A DNA stretch of 64,000 bases from Eledone cirrhosa (GCA_964016885.1 OZ024741.1:259656001-259720000), one strand, 5' to 3'. Positions 39,666-55,257 are shown, counted from the first letter of the stretch. A program made the numbers and translations. The notes: a model not told the origin generated them from the sequence alone.

Positions 39666-42600
39666 CGTAAGTCGAAACACTCGTAAGCCGAAACACTCGT
39701 GAGCCGAAACACTCGTAAGTCGGAACACTCGTAAGTCAGAACACTCGTAAGTCAGAACACTCGTAAGTTAGAACACTCGTAAGTCAGAACACTCGTAAGT
39801 CAGAACACTCGTAAGTCGAAACACTCGTATCGAAACACTCGTATGTCAAAACACCCGTAAGTCAAAACACTCGTAAGTCGAAACACTCGTAAGTCGAAAC
39901 ACTCGTAAGCCGAAACACTCGTAAGCCGAAACACTCGTAAGCCGAAACACTCGTAAGTCGGAACACTCGTAAGTCAGAACACTCATAAGTCAGAACACTT
40001 GTAAGTCAGAACACTCGTAAGTCGAAACACTCGTAAGCCGAAACACCGTAAGTCGAAACACCCGTATGTCGAAACACTCGTAAGCCGAAACACTCTTAAG
40101 TCGAAACACTCATAAGCCGAAACACTCGTAAGTCGGAACACTCGTAAATCAGAACACCCGCAAGTCAGAACACTCGTAAATCAGAACACTCTTAAGTCGA
40201 AACTTACGTACGCCGAAACAATCGTAAGTCGAAACACTCGTAAGTCGAAACATCCTTAAGTCGAAACACTCGTACACCGAAACACTCGTAAGTATAAACA
40301 TTAGTAAGTCGAAACACTCGTATGTCGAAACACTCGTAAACCGAAACACTCGTAAGTCGGAACACTCGTAAGTCAGAACACTCGTAAGTCAGAACACTCG
40401 TAAGTCGAAACACTCATAAGTCGAAACACCCGTAAGTCGAAACACTCGTAAGTCGAAACACCCATAAGCCGAAACACTCGTAAGCCAAAACATTCGTAAG
40501 TCGAAACACTCGTAAACCGAAACACTCGTAAGCCAAAACATTCGTATGTCGAAACACTCGTAAGTCGAAACACCCATAGCCGAAACACTTGTAAGTCTGA
40601 ACACACGTAAGTCAGAACACCCGTAAGTCAGAACACTCGTAAGTCAGAACACTCGTAAGTCAGAACACTCGTAAGTCAGAACACTCGTAAGTCAGAGCAC
40701 TCGTATCGAAACACTCGTATGTCAAAACACCCGTAAGTCAAAACACTCGTAAGTCGAAACACTCGTAAGCCGAAACACCGTAAGCCAAAACACTCGTAAG
40801 TCGAAACACCCCTAAGTCGGAACACTCGTAAGTCGAAACACTCGTAAGTCGAAACACTCGTAAGCCGAAACACTCGTAAGCCGAAACACTCGTAAGTCGG
40901 AACACTCGTAAGTCGGAACACTCGTAAGTCAGAACACTCGTAAGTCAGAACACTCGTAAGTCAGAACACTCGTAAGTCAGAACACTCGTAAGTCGAAACA
41001 CTCGTATCGAAACACTCGTATGTCAAAACACCCGTAAGTCAAAACACTCGTAAGTCGAAACACTCGTAAGTCGAAACATTCGTAAGTCGAAACATCCGTA
41101 AATCAGAACACTCTTAAGTCGAAACACTCGTAAGTCGAAACACTCGTAAGCCGAAACACTCGTAAGTCGAAGTACTCGTATCGAAACACTCGTAAGTCGA
41201 AACACCCTTAAGTCAAAACACTCGTAAGCCAAAACACTCGTAAGTCGAAACACTCGTAAGTCGGAACACTCGTAAGTCAGAACACTCGTAAGTCAGAACA
41301 CTCGTAAGTGGAAACACGCGTAAGTCGAAACACTCATAAGTCGAAACACTCGTAAGTCGAAACACCCGTAAGCCGAAACACCGTAAGTCAAAACACTCGT
41401 AAGTCGAAACACTCGTAAGTCGAAACACCCATAAGCCGAAACACTCGTAAGCCAAAACATTCGTAAGTCGAAACACTCGTAAACCGAAACACTCGTAAGC
41501 CAAAACATTCGTAAGTCGAAACACTCGTAAGTCGAAACACCCATAGCCGAAACACTCGTAAGTCTGAACACACGTAAGTCAGAACAGCCGTAAGTCAGAA
41601 CACTCGTAAGTCAGAACACTCGTAAGTCAGAACACTCGTAAGTCAGAGCACTCGTATCGAAACACTCGTATGTCAAAACACCCGTAAGTCAAAACACTCG
41701 TAAGTCGAAACACTCGTAAGTCGAAACACTCGTATGTCGAAACATCCGTAAATCAGAACACTCGTAAGTCGAAACACTCGTAAGTCGAAACACTCGTAAG
41801 CCGAAACACTCGTAAGTCGAAGCACTCGTATCGAAACACTCGTAAGTCGAAACACCCTTAAGTCAAAATACTCGTAAGCCAAAACACTCGTAAGTCGAAA
41901 CACTCGTAAGTCGGAACACTCGTAAGTCAGAACACTCGTAAGTCAGAACACTCGTAAGTGGAAACACGCGTAAGTCGAAAGACCCGTAAGTCAAAAATCT
42001 CGTAAGTCAAAACACTCGTAAGCCGAAACACTCGTAAGTCGAAACACTCGTAAGTCGAAACACCCGTAAGTCGGAACACTCGTAAGTCAGAATACTCGTA
42101 AGTCAAAACACTCGTAAACCGGAACACCCGTAAGGCAAAACATTCGCATGTCAAAACACTCGTAAGTCGAAACACTCGTAAGCCGAAACACTCGTAAGTC
42201 GAAACACTCGTAAGTCGAAACACTCGTAAGTCGAAACACTCGTAAGTCAGTGCACCCGTAAGTCAGAACACTCGTAGTCAGAATACTCGTAAGTCGAAAC
42301 ACTCGTATGTCGAAACACCAGTAAGTCGAAACATCCGTAAGTCAAAACACTCGTATGTCGAAACACTCGTAAGCCGAAACACTCATAAGTCGAAACACTC
42401 GTAAGCCGAAACACCCGTAAGTCAAAACATTCGTAAGTCAAAACACTCGTAAGTCGAAACACCCGTAAGTCAAAACACTCGTATGTCGAAACACTCGTAA
42501 GCCGAAACAACGTAAGTAAAAACACTCGTAAGTCGAAACACCCATAAGTCGAAACACTCGTAAGCCGAAACACTCGTAAGTCGAAACACTCATAAGCCGA

Positions 42601-45600
42601 AACACTCGTAAGTCGGAACACTCGTAAATCAGAACACCCGCAAGTCAGAACACTCGTAAATCAGAACACTCTTAAGTCGAAACTCACGTACGCTGAAACA
42701 CTCGTAAGTCGAAACACTCGTAAGTCGAAACATCCTTAAGTCGAAACACTCGTACACCGAAACACTCGTAAGTATAAACATTAGTAAGTCGAAACACTCG
42801 TAAGCCGAAACACTCGTAAGTCGAAACACCCGTAAATCGAAACACCCCTAAGTCAAAACACTCGTATGTCGAAACACTCGTAAACCGAAACACTCGTAAG
42901 TCGGAACACTCGTAAGTCAGAACACTCGTAAGTCAGAACACTCGTAAGTCGAAACACTCATAAGTCGAAACACTCGTAAGTCGAAACACCCGTAAGTCGA
43001 AACCCCCGTAAGTCGAAACACTCGTATGTCGAATAACTCGTAAGCTGAAACACCGTAAGTCAAAACACTCGTAAGTCAAAACACTCGTAAGTCGAAACAC
43101 CCATAAGCCGAAACACTCGTAAGCCAAAACATTCGTAAGTCGAAACACTCGTAAACCGAAACACTCGTAAGCCAAAACATTCGTAAGTCGAAACACTCGT
43201 AAGTCGAAACACCCATAGCCGAAACACTCGTAAGTCGGAACACACGTAAGTCAGAACACCCGTAAGTCAGAACACTCGTAAGTCAGAACACTCGTAAGTC
43301 AGAGCACTCGTATCGAAACACTCGTATGTCAAAACACCCGTAAGTCAAAACACTCGTAAGTCGAAACACTCGTAAGCCGAAACACCGTAAGCCAAAACAC
43401 TCGTAAGTCGAAACACCCGTAAGTCGGAACACTCGTAAGTCGAAACACTCGTAAGTCGAAACACTCGTAAGCCGAAACACTCGTAAGCCGAAACACTCGT
43501 AAGTCGGAACACTCGTAAGTCGGAACACTCGTAAGTCAGAACACTCGTAAGTCAGAACACTCGTAAGTCAGAACACTCGTAAGTCAGAATACTCGTAAGT
43601 CGAAACACCCGTAAGTCGAAACACCCGTAAGTCGAAACACTCGTATGTCGAATAACTCGTAAGCCGAAACACCGTAAGTCAAAACACTCGTAAGTCGAAA
43701 CACTCGTAAGTCGAAACACCCATAAGCCGAAACACTCGTAAGCCAAAACATTCGTAAGTCGAAACACTCGTAAACCGAAACACTCGTAAGCCAAAACATT
43801 CGTAAGTCGAAACACTCGTAAGTCGAAACACCCATAGCCGAAACACTTGGAAGTCTGAACACACGTAAGTCAGAACACCCGTAAGTCAGAACACTCGTAA
43901 GTCAGAACACTCGTAAGTCAGAACACTCGTAAGTCAGAGCACTCGTATCGAAACACTCGTATGTCAAAACACCCGTAAGTCAAAACACTCGTAAGTCGAA
44001 ACACTCGTAAGCCGAAACACCGTAAGCCAAAACACTCGTAAGTCGAAACACCCGTAAGTCGGAACACTCGTAAGTCGAAACACTCGTAAGTCGAAACACT
44101 CGTAAGCCGAAACACTCGTAAGCCGAAACACTCTTAAGTCGGAACACTCGTAAGTCGGAACACTCGTAAGTCAGAACACTCGTAAGTCAGAACACTCGTA
44201 AGTCAGAACACTCGTACGTCAGAACACTCGTAAGTCGAAACACTCGTATCGAAACACTCGTATGTCAAAACACCAGTAAGTCGAAACACTCGTATCGAAA
44301 CACTCGTATGTCAAAACACCAGTAAGTCAAAACACTCGTAAGTCGAAACACTCGTAAGCCGAAACACCGTAAGTCGAAACACCCGTATGTCGAAACACTC
44401 GTAAGCCGAAACACTCGTAAGTCGAAACACTCGTAGTCGAAACACTCGTAAGTCGAAACACCCGTAAGTCGAAACACTCGTAAGTCGAAACACTCGTAAG
44501 CCGAAACACTCGTAAGTCGAAACACTCATAAGCCGAAACACTCGTAAGTCGAAACACTCGTAAGTCAGAACACTCGTAGTCAGAACACTCGTAAGTCAAA
44601 CCACTCGTAAGCCGAAACACTCGTAAGTCGAAACACTCGTAAGTCGAAACACTCGTAAGTCGAAAAACTCGTAAGCCGGAACACTCGTAAGTCAGAACAC
44701 TCGTAAGTCAGAACACTCGTAAGTCGAAACACTCGTAAGCCGAAACACCCGTAAGTCGAAACATTCGTAAGTCGAAACACCCGTAAGTCGAAACACTCGT
44801 AAGTCGAAACACTCGTAAGTCGAAACACCGTAAGTCAAAACACTCGTATGTCGAAACATCCGTAAATCAGAACACTCCTAAGTCAAAACACTCGTAAGTC
44901 GAAACACTCGTAAGTCAAAAATACTCGTAAGTCGAAACACCCTTAAGTAAAAACACTCGTAAGTCGAAACACTCGTAAGCCGAAACACCCGTCAGTTAAA
45001 ACACCCGTAAGTCGAAACACTCGTAAGTCAAAACTCTCGTACGCCGAAACACTCGTAAGTAAAAACATTAGTAAGTCGAAACACTCGTAAGCCGAAACAC
45101 TCATAAGTCGAAACACTCGTAAGCCGAAACACCCGTAAGTCAAAACATTCGTAAGTCAAAACACTCGTAAGTCGAAACACCCGTAAGTCGAAACACTCGT
45201 ATGTCGAAACACTCGTAAGCCGAAACACCGTAAGTAAAAACACTCGTAAGTCTAAACACCCACAAGTCGAAACACTCGTAAGCCGAAACACTCGTAAGTC
45301 GAAACACTCATAAGCCGAAACACTCGTAAGTCGGAACACTCGTAAATCAGAACACCCGCAAGTCAGAACACTCGTAAATCAGAACACTCTTAAGTCGAAA
45401 CTCACGTACGCCGAAACACTCGTAAGTCGAAACACTCGTAAGTCGAAACATCCTTAAGTCGAAACACTCGTACACCGAAACACTCGTAAGTATAAACATT
45501 AGTAAGTCGAAACACTCGTATGTCGAAACACTCGTAAACCGAAACACTCGTAAGTCGGAACACTCGTAAGTCAGAACACTCGTAAGTCAGAACACTCGTA

Positions 45601-46691
45601 AGTCGAAACACTCATAAGTCGAAACACTCGTAAGTCGAAACACCCGTAAGTCGAAACACCCGTAAGTCGAAACACTCGTATGTCGAATAACTCGTAAGCC
45701 GAAACACCGTAAGTCAAAACACTCGTAAGTCGAAACACTCGTAAGTCGAAACACCCATAAGCCGAAACATTCGTAAGCCAAAACATTCGTAAGTCGAAAC
45801 ACTCGTAAACCGAAACACTCGTAAGCCAAAACATTCGTAAGTCGAAACACTCGTAAGTCGAAACACCCATAGCCGAAACACTTGTAAGTCTGAACACACG
45901 TAAGTCAGAACACCCGTAAGTCAGAACACTCGTAAGTCAGAACACTCGTAAGTCAGAACACTCGTAAGTCAGAGCACTCGTATCGAAACACTCGTATGTC
46001 AAAACACCCGTAAGTCAAAACACTCGTAAGTCGAAACACTCGTAAGCCGAAACACCGTAAGCCAAAACACTCGTAAGTCGAAACATCCGTAAGTCGGAAC
46101 ACTCGTAAGTCGAAACACTCGTAAGTCGAAACACTCGTAAGCCGAAACACTCGTAAGCCGAAACACTCGTAAGTCGGAACACTCGTAAGTCGGAACACTC
46201 GTAAGTCAGAACACTCGTAAGTCAGAACACTCGTAAGTCAGAACACTCGTAAGTCAGAACACTCGTAAGTCGAAACACTCGTATCGAAACACTCGTATGT
46301 CAAAACACCCGTAAGTCAAAACACTCGTAAGTCGAAACACTCGTAAGTCGAAACACTCGTATGTCGAAACATCCGTAAATCAGAACACTCGTAAGTCGAA
46401 ACACTCGTAAGTCGAAACACTCGTAAGCCGAAACACTCGTAAGTCGAAGCACTCGTATCGAAACACTCGTAAGTCGAAACACCCTTAAGTCAAAACACTC
46501 GTAAGCCAAAACACTCGTAAGTCGAAACACTCGTAAGTCGGAACACTCGTAAGTCAGAACACTCGTAAGTCAGAACACTCGTAAGTGGAAACACGCGTAA
46601 GTCGAAAGACCCGTAAGTCAAAAATCTCGTAAGTCAAAACACTCGTAAGCCGAAACACTCGTAAGTCGAAACACTCGTAAGTCGAAACATT

Positions 46692-46774
46692 CGTAAAGCG
46701 AAACGTATAAATAAAGATTAATGTAATGAACTTGAAAAGCATAGATATTTGAAACCGCGTCTATTTGTTATTTT
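46692..46774. repeat. 83-bp cassette, type A
   Basis: Same sequence as 6055-6137. Confidence 0.95.
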
Positions 46775-46960
46775 CGTAAGTCGAAACACTCGTAAGTCAG
46801 AACACTCGTAAGTCAGAACACTCTTAAGTCAGAACACTCGTATCGAAACACGTATGTCAAAACACCCGTAAGTCAAAACACTCGTAAGTCGAAACACTCG
46901 TAAGTCGAAACACTCGTAAGCCGAAACAATCGTAAGTCAAAACACTCGTAAGTCGAAACA

Positions 46961-47250
46961 CTCGTAAGCCGAAAATACTCGTAAGTCGGAACACCCGTAA
47001 GCCGAAACCCTCGTAGGTCGGAACACTCGTAAGTCGAAACACTCGTAAGTCGAAACACCCGTAAGTCGAAACACTCGTAAGTCGAAACACCCGTAAGTCG
47101 AAACACTCGTAAGCCGAAAATACTCGTAAGTCGGAACACCCGTAAGCCGAAACCCTCGTAGGTCGGAACACTCGTAAGTCGAAACACTCGTAAGTCGAAA
47201 CACCCGTAAGTCGAAACACTCGTAAGTCGAAACACCCGTAAGTCGAAACA
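46961..47250. repeat. Local 145-bp (9-monomer) tandem duplication inside the 8.48-kb HOR
   Basis: The 17-bp monomer with GAAAATACT followed by GAAACCCTCGTAGG occurs at 46971 and again at 47116. Ends approximate. Confidence 0.85.
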
Positions 47251-48033
47251 TCCGTAAGTCAAAACACTCGTATGTCGAAACACTCGTAAGCCGAAACACT
47301 CGTAAGTCGGAACACTCGCAAGTCAGAACACTCGTAAGTCAGAACACTCGTAAGTCGAAACACTCGTAAGTCGAAACACCCGTAAGTCGAAACGCCCGTA
47401 AGTCAAAACACTCGTATGTCGAAACACTCGCAAGCCGAAAAACCGTAAGTCAAAACACTCGTAAGTCGAAACACTCGTAAATCGAAACACTCGTAAGCCG
47501 AAACACTCGTAAGCGAAAACATTCGTTAGTCGAAACACTCGTAACCCGAAACACTCGTAAGTCGAAACACTCGAAAGCCGAAACACTCGTAAGTCGAAAC
47601 ACTCATAAGCCGAAACACTCGTAAGTCGGAACACTCGTAAGTCAGAACACCCGTAAATCAGAACACTCGTAGTCAGAACACTCGTAAGTCGAAACACTCG
47701 TAAGCCGAAACACTCGCAAGTCGAAGCACTCGTAATCCGAAACACTCTTAAGTCGAAACACTCGTAAGTCGGAACACTCGTAAGTCAGAACACTCGTAAG
47801 TCAGAACACTCGTAAGTCGAAACACTCGTAAGCCGAAACATCCGTAAGTCAAAACATCCGTAAGTCAAAACATTCGTAAGTCGAAACACCCGTAGTCGAA
47901 ACACTCGCAAGTCGAAACACTCGTAAGTCGAAACACGCGTAAGTCGAAACACATGTAAGTCAAAACACTCGTAAGTCAAAACACTCGTAAGCCGAAACAC
48001 TCGTAAGTCGAAACACTCGTAAGTCGAAACACT

Positions 48034-48116
48034 CGTAAAGCGAAACGTATAAATAAATATTAATGTAATGAATTTGAAAAGCATAGAGATTTGAAACCGC
48101 GTCTATTTGTTATTTT
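48034..48116. repeat. 83-bp cassette, type B2
   Basis: Same sequence as 15132-15214. Confidence 0.95.
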
Positions 48117-51100
48117 CGTAAGTCGAAACACTCGTAAGCCGAAACACTCGTGAGCCGAAACACTCGTAAGTCGGAACACTCGTAAGTCAGAACACTCGTA
48201 AGTCAGAACACTCGTAAGTTAGAACACTCGTAAGTCAGAACACTCGTAAGTCAGAACACTCGTAAGTCGAAACACTCGTATCGAAACACTCGTATGTCAA
48301 AACACCCGTAAGTCAAAACACTCGTAAGTCGAAACACTCGTAAGTCGAAACACTCGTAAGCCGAAACACTCGTAAGCCGGAACACTCGTAAGCCGAAACA
48401 CTCGTAAGTCGGAACACTCGTAAGTCAGAACACTCATAAGTCAGAACACTTGTAAGTCAGAACACTCGTAAGTCGAAACACTCGTAAGCCGAAACACCGT
48501 AAGTCGAAACACCCGTATGTCGAAACACTCGTAAGCCGAAACACTCTTAAGTCGAAACACTCATAAGCCGAAACACTCGTAAGTCGGAACACTCGTAAAT
48601 CAGAACACCCGCAAGTCAGAACACTCGTAAATCAGAACACTCTTAAGTCGAAACTTACGTACGCCGAAACAATCGTAAGTCGAAACACTCGTAAGTCGAA
48701 ACATCCTTAAGTCGAAACACTCGTACACCGAAACACTCGTAAGTATAAACATTAGTAAGTCGAAACACTCGTATGTCGAAACACTCGTAAACCGAAACAC
48801 TCGTAAGTCGGAACACTCGTAAGTCAGAACACTCGTAAGTCAGAACACTCGTAAGTCGAAACACTCATAAGTCGAAACACCCGTAAGTCGAAACACTCGT
48901 AAGTCGAAACACCCATAAGCCGAAACACTCGTAAGCCAAAACATTCGTAAGTCGAAACACTCGTAAACCGAAACACTCGTAAGCCAAAACATTCGTATGT
49001 CGAAACACTCGTAAGTCGAAACACCCATAGCCGAAACACTTGTAAGTCTGAACACACGTAAGTCAGAACACCCGTAAGTCAGAACACTCGTAAGTCAGAA
49101 CACTCGTAAGTCAGAACACTCGTAAGTCAGAACACTCGTAAGTCAGAGCACTCGTATCGAAACACTCGTATGTCAAAACACCCGTAAGTCAAAACACTCG
49201 TAAGTCGAAACACTCGTAAGCCGAAACACCGTAAGCCAAAACACTCGTAAGTCGAAACACCCCTAAGTCGGAACACTCGTAAGTCGAAACACTCGTAAGT
49301 CGAAACACTCGTAAGCCGAAACACTCGTAAGCCGAAACACTCGTAAGTCGGAACACTCGTAAGTCGGAACACTCGTAAGTCAGAACACTCGTAAGTCAGA
49401 ACACTCGTAAGTCAGAACACTCGTAAGTCAGAACACTCGTAAGTCGAAACACTCGTATCGAAACACTCGTATGTCAAAACACCCGTAAGTCAAAACACTC
49501 GTAAGTCGAAACACTCGTAAGTCGAAACATTCGTAAGTCGAAACATCCGTAAATCAGAACACTCTTAAGTCGAAACACTCGTAAGTCGAAACACTCGTAA
49601 GCCGAAACACTCGTAAGTCGAAGTACTCGTATCGAAACACTCGTAAGTCGAAACACCCTTAAGTCAAAACACTCGTAAGCCAAAACACTCGTAAGTCGAA
49701 ACACTCGTAAGTCGGAACACTCGTAAGTCAGAACACTCGTAAGTCAGAACACTCGTAAGTGGAAACACGCGTAAGTCGAAACACTCATAAGTCGAAACAC
49801 TCGTAAGTCGAAACACCCGTAAGTCGAAACACCCGTAAGTCGAAACACTCGTATGTCGAATAACTCGTAAGCCGAAACACCGTAAGTCAAAACACTCGTA
49901 AGTCGAAACACTCGTAAGTCGAAACACCCATAAGCCGAAACACTCGTAAGCCAAAACATTCGTAAGTCGAAACACTCGTAAACCGAAACACTCGTAAGCC
50001 AAAACATTCGTAAGTCGAAACACTCGTAAGTCGAAACACCCATAGCCGAAACACTCGTAAGTCTGAACACACGTAAGTCAGAACAGCCGTAAGTCAGAAC
50101 ACTCGTAAGTCAGAACACTCGTAAGTCAGAGCACTCGTATCGAAACACTCGTATGTCAAAACACCCGTAAGTCAAAACACTCGTAAGTCGAAACACTCGT
50201 AAGTCGAAACACTCGTATGTCGAAACATCCGTAAATCAGAACACTCGTAAGTCGAAACACTCGTAAGTCGAAACACTCGTAAGCCGAAACACTCGTAAGT
50301 CGAAGCACTCGTATCGAAACACTCGTAAGTCGAAACACCCTTAAGTCAAAACACTCGTAAGCCAAAACACTCGTAAGTCGAAACACTCGTAAGTCGGAAC
50401 ACTCGTAAGTCAGAACACTCGTAAGTCAGAACACTCGTAAGTGGAAACACGCGTAAGTCGAAAGACCCGTAAGTCAAAAATCTCGTAAGTCAAAACACTC
50501 GTAAGCCGAAACACTCGTAAGTCGAAACACTCGTAAGTCGAAACACCCGTAAGTCGGAACACTCGTAAGTCAGAATACTCGTAAGTCAAAACACTCGTAA
50601 ACCGGAACACCCGTAAGGCAAAACATTCGCATGTCAAAACACTCGTAAGTCGAAACACTCGTAAGCCGAAACACTCGTAAGTCGAAACACTCGTAAGTCG
50701 AAACACTCGTAAGTCGAAACACTCGTAAGTCAGTGCACCCGTAAGTCAGAACACTCGTAGTCAGAATACTCGTAAGTCGAAACACTCGTATGTCGAAACA
50801 CCAGTAAGTCGAAACATCCGTAAGTCAAAACACTCGTATGTCGAAACACTCGTAAGCCGAAACACTCATAAGTCGAAACACTCGTAAGCCGAAACACCCG
50901 TAAGTCAAAACATTCGTAAGTCAAAACACTCGTAAGTCGAAACACCCGTAAGTCAAAACACTCGTATGTCGAAACACTCGTAAGCCGAAACAACGTAAGT
51001 AAAAACACTCGTAAGTCGAAACACCCATAAGTCGAAACACTCGTAAGCCGAAACACTCGTAAGTCGAAACACTCATAAGCCGAAACACTCGTAAGTCGGA

Positions 51101-54100
51101 ACACTCGTAAATCAGAACACCCGCAAGTCAGAACACTCGTAAATCAGAACACTCTTAAGTCGAAACTCACGTACGCTGAAACACTCGTAAGTCGAAACAC
51201 TCGTAAGTCGAAACATCCTTAAGTCGAAACACTCGTACACCGAAACACTCGTAAGTATAAACATTAGTAAGTCGAAACACTCGTAAGCCGAAACACTCGT
51301 AAGTCGAAACACCCGTAAATCGAAACACCCCTAAGTCAAAACACTCGTATGTCGAAACACTCGTAAACCGAAACACTCGTAAGTCGGAACACTCGTAAGT
51401 CAGAACACTCGTAAGTCAGAACACTCGTAAGTCGAAACACTCATAAGTCGAAACACTCGTAAGTCGAAACACCCGTAAGTCGAAACCCCCGTAAGTCGAA
51501 ACACTCGTATGTCGAATAACTCGTAAGCTGAAACACCGTAAGTCAAAACACTCGTAAGTCAAAACACTCGTAAGTCGAAACACCCATAAGCCGAAACACT
51601 CGTAAGCCAAAACATTCGTAAGTCGAAACACTCGTAAACCGAAACACTCGTAAGCCAAAACATTCGTAAGTCGAAACACTCGTAAGTCGAAACACCCATA
51701 GCCGAAACACTCGTAAGTCGGAACACACGTAAGTCAGAACACCCGTAAGTCAGAACACTCGTAAGTCAGAACACTCGTAAGTCAGAGCACTCGTATCGAA
51801 ACACTCGTATGTCAAAACACCCGTAAGTCAAAACACTCGTAAGTCGAAACACTCGTAAGCCGAAACACCGTAAGCCAAAACACTCGTAAGTCGAAACACC
51901 CGTAAGTCGGAACACTCGTAAGTCGAAACACTCGTAAGTCGAAACACTCGTAAGCCGAAACACTCGTAAGCCGAAACACTCGTAAGTCGGAACACTCGTA
52001 AGTCGGAACACTCGTAAGTCAGAACACTCGTAAGTCAGAACACTCGTAAGTCAGAACACTCGTAAGTCAGAATACTCGTAAGTCGAAACACCCGTAAGTC
52101 GAAACACCCGTAAGTCGAAACACTCGTATGTCGAATAACTCGTAAGCCGAAACACCGTAAGTCAAAACACTCGTAAGTCGAAACACTCGTAAGTCGAAAC
52201 ACCCATAAGCCGAAACACTCGTAAGCCAAAACATTCGTAAGTCGAAACACTCGTAAACCGAAACACTCGTAAGCCAAAACATTCGTAAGTCGAAACACTC
52301 GTAAGTCGAAACACCCATAGCCGAAACACTTGGAAGTCTGAACACACGTAAGTCAGAACACCCGTAAGTCAGAACACTCGTAAGTCAGAACACTCGTAAG
52401 TCAGAACACTCGTAAGTCAGAGCACTCGTATCGAAACACTCGTATGTCAAAACACCCGTAAGTCAAAACACTCGTAAGTCGAAACACTCGTAAGCCGAAA
52501 CACCGTAAGCCAAAACACTCGTAAGTCGAAACACCCGTAAGTCGGAACACTCGTAAGTCGAAACACTCGTAAGTCGAAACACTCGTAAGCCGAAACACTC
52601 GTAAGCCGAAACACTCTTAAGTCGGAACACTCGTAAGTCGGAACACTCGTAAGTCAGAACACTCGTAAGTCAGAACACTCGTAAGTCAGAACACTCGTAC
52701 GTCAGAACACTCGTAAGTCGAAACACTCGTATCGAAACACTCGTATGTCAAAACACCAGTAAGTCGAAACACTCGTATCGAAACACTCGTATGTCAAAAC
52801 ACCAGTAAGTCAAAACACTCGTAAGTCGAAACACTCGTAAGCCGAAACACCGTAAGTCGAAACACCCGTATGTCGAAACACTCGTAAGCCGAAACACTCG
52901 TAAGTCGAAACACTCGTAGTCGAAACACTCGTAAGTCGAAACACCCGTAAGTCGAAACACTCGTAAGTCGAAACACTCGTAAGCCGAAACACTCGTAAGT
53001 CGAAACACTCATAAGCCGAAACACTCGTAAGTCGAAACACTCGTAAGTCAGAACACTCGTAGTCAGAACACTCGTAAGTCAGACCACTCGTAAGCCGAAA
53101 CACTCGTAAGTCGAAACACTCGTAAGTCGAAACACTCGTAAGTCGAAAAACTCGTAAGCCGGAACACTCGTAAGTCAGAACACTCGTAAGTCAGAACACT
53201 CGTAAGTCGAAACACTCGTAAGCCGAAACACCCATAAGTCGAAACATTCGTAAGTCGAAACACCCGTAAGTCGAAACACTCGTAAGTCGAAACACTCGTA
53301 AGTCGAAACACCGTAAGTCAAAACACTCGTATGTCGAAACATCCGTAAATCAGAACACTCCTAAGTCAAAACACTCGTAAGTCGAAACACTCGTAAGTCA
53401 AAAATACTCGTAAGTCGAAACACCCTTAAGTAAAAACACTCGTAAGTCGAAACACTCGTAAGCCGAAACACCCGTCAGTTAAAACACCCGTAAGTCGAAA
53501 CACTCGTAAGTCAAAACTCTCGTACGCCGAAACACTCGTAAGTAAAAACATTAGTAAGTCGAAACACTCGTAAGCCGAAACACTCATAAGTCGAAACACT
53601 CGTAAGCCGAAACACCCGTAAGTCAAAACATTCGTAAGTCAAAACACTCGTAAGTCGAAACACCCGTAAGTCGAAACACTCGTATGTCGAAACACTCGTA
53701 AGCCGAAACACCGTAAGTAAAAACACTCGTAAGTCTAAACACCCACAAGTCGAAACACTCGTAAGCCGAAACACTCGTAAGTCGAAACACTCATAAGCCG
53801 AAACACTCGTAAGTCGGAACACTCGTAAATCAGAACACCCGCAAGTCAGAACACTCGTAAATCAGAACACTCTTAAGTCGAAACTCACGTACGCCGAAAC
53901 ACTCGTAAGTCGAAACACTCGTAAGTCGAAACATCCTTAAGTCGAAACACTCGTACACCGAAACACTCGTAAGTATAAACATTAGTAAGTCGAAACACTC
54001 GTATGTCGAAACACTCGTAAACCGAAACACTCGTAAGTCGGAACACTCGTAAGTCAGAACACTCGTAAGTCAGAACACTCGTAAGTCGAAACACTCATAA

Positions 54101-55174
54101 GTCGAAACACTCGTAAGTCGAAACACCCGTAAGTCGAAACACCCGTAAGTCGAAACACTCGTATGTCGAATAACTCGTAAGCCGAAACACCGTAAGTCAA
54201 AACACTCGTAAGTCGAAACACTCGTAAGTCGAAACACCCATAAGCCGAAACATTCGTAAGCCAAAACATTCGTAAGTCGAAACACTCGTAAACCGAAACA
54301 CTCGTAAGCCAAAACATTCGTAAGTCGAAACACTCGTAAGTCGAAACACCCATAGCCGAAACACTTGTAAGTCTGAACACACGTAAGTCAGAACACCCGT
54401 AAGTCAGAACACTCGTAAGTCAGAACACTCGTAAGTCAGAACACTCGTAAGTCAGAGCACTCGTATCGAAACACTCGTATGTCAAAACACCCGTAAGTCA
54501 AAACACTCGTAAGTCGAAACACTCGTAAGCCGAAACACCGTAAGCCAAAACACTCGTAAGTCGAAACATCCGTAAGTCGGAACACTCGTAAGTCGAAACA
54601 CTCGTAAGTCGAAACACTCGTAAGCCGAAACACTCGTAAGCCGAAACACTCGTAAGTCGGAACACTCGTAAGTCGGAACACTCGTAAGTCAGAACACTCG
54701 TAAGTCAGAACACTCGTAAGTCAGAACACTCGTAAGTCAGAACACTCGTAAGTCGAAACACTCGTATCGAAACACTCGTATGTCAAAACACCCGTAAGTC
54801 AAAACACTCGTAAGTCGAAACACTCGTAAGTCGAAACACTCGTATGTCGAAACATCCGTAAATCAGAACACTCGTAAGTCGAAACACTCGTAAGTCGAAA
54901 CACTCGTAAGCCGAAACACTCGTAAGTCGAAGCACTCGTATCGAAACACTCGTAAGTCGAAACACCCTTAAGTCAAAACACTCGTAAGCCAAAACACTCG
55001 TAAGTCGAAACACTCGTAAGTCGGAACACTCGTAAGTCAGAACACTCGTAAGTCAGAACACTCGTAAGTGGAAACACGCGTAAGTCGAAAGACCCGTAAG
55101 TCAAAAATCTCGTAAGTCAAAACACTCGTAAGCCGAAACACTCGTAAGTCGAAACACTCGTAAGTCGAAACATT

Positions 55175-55257
55175 CGTAAAGCGAAACGTATAAATAAAGA
55201 TTAATGTAATGAACTTGAAAAGCATAGATATTTGAAACCGCGTCTATTTGTTATTTT
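55175..55257. repeat. 83-bp cassette, type A
   Basis: Same sequence as 6055-6137. Confidence 0.95.
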
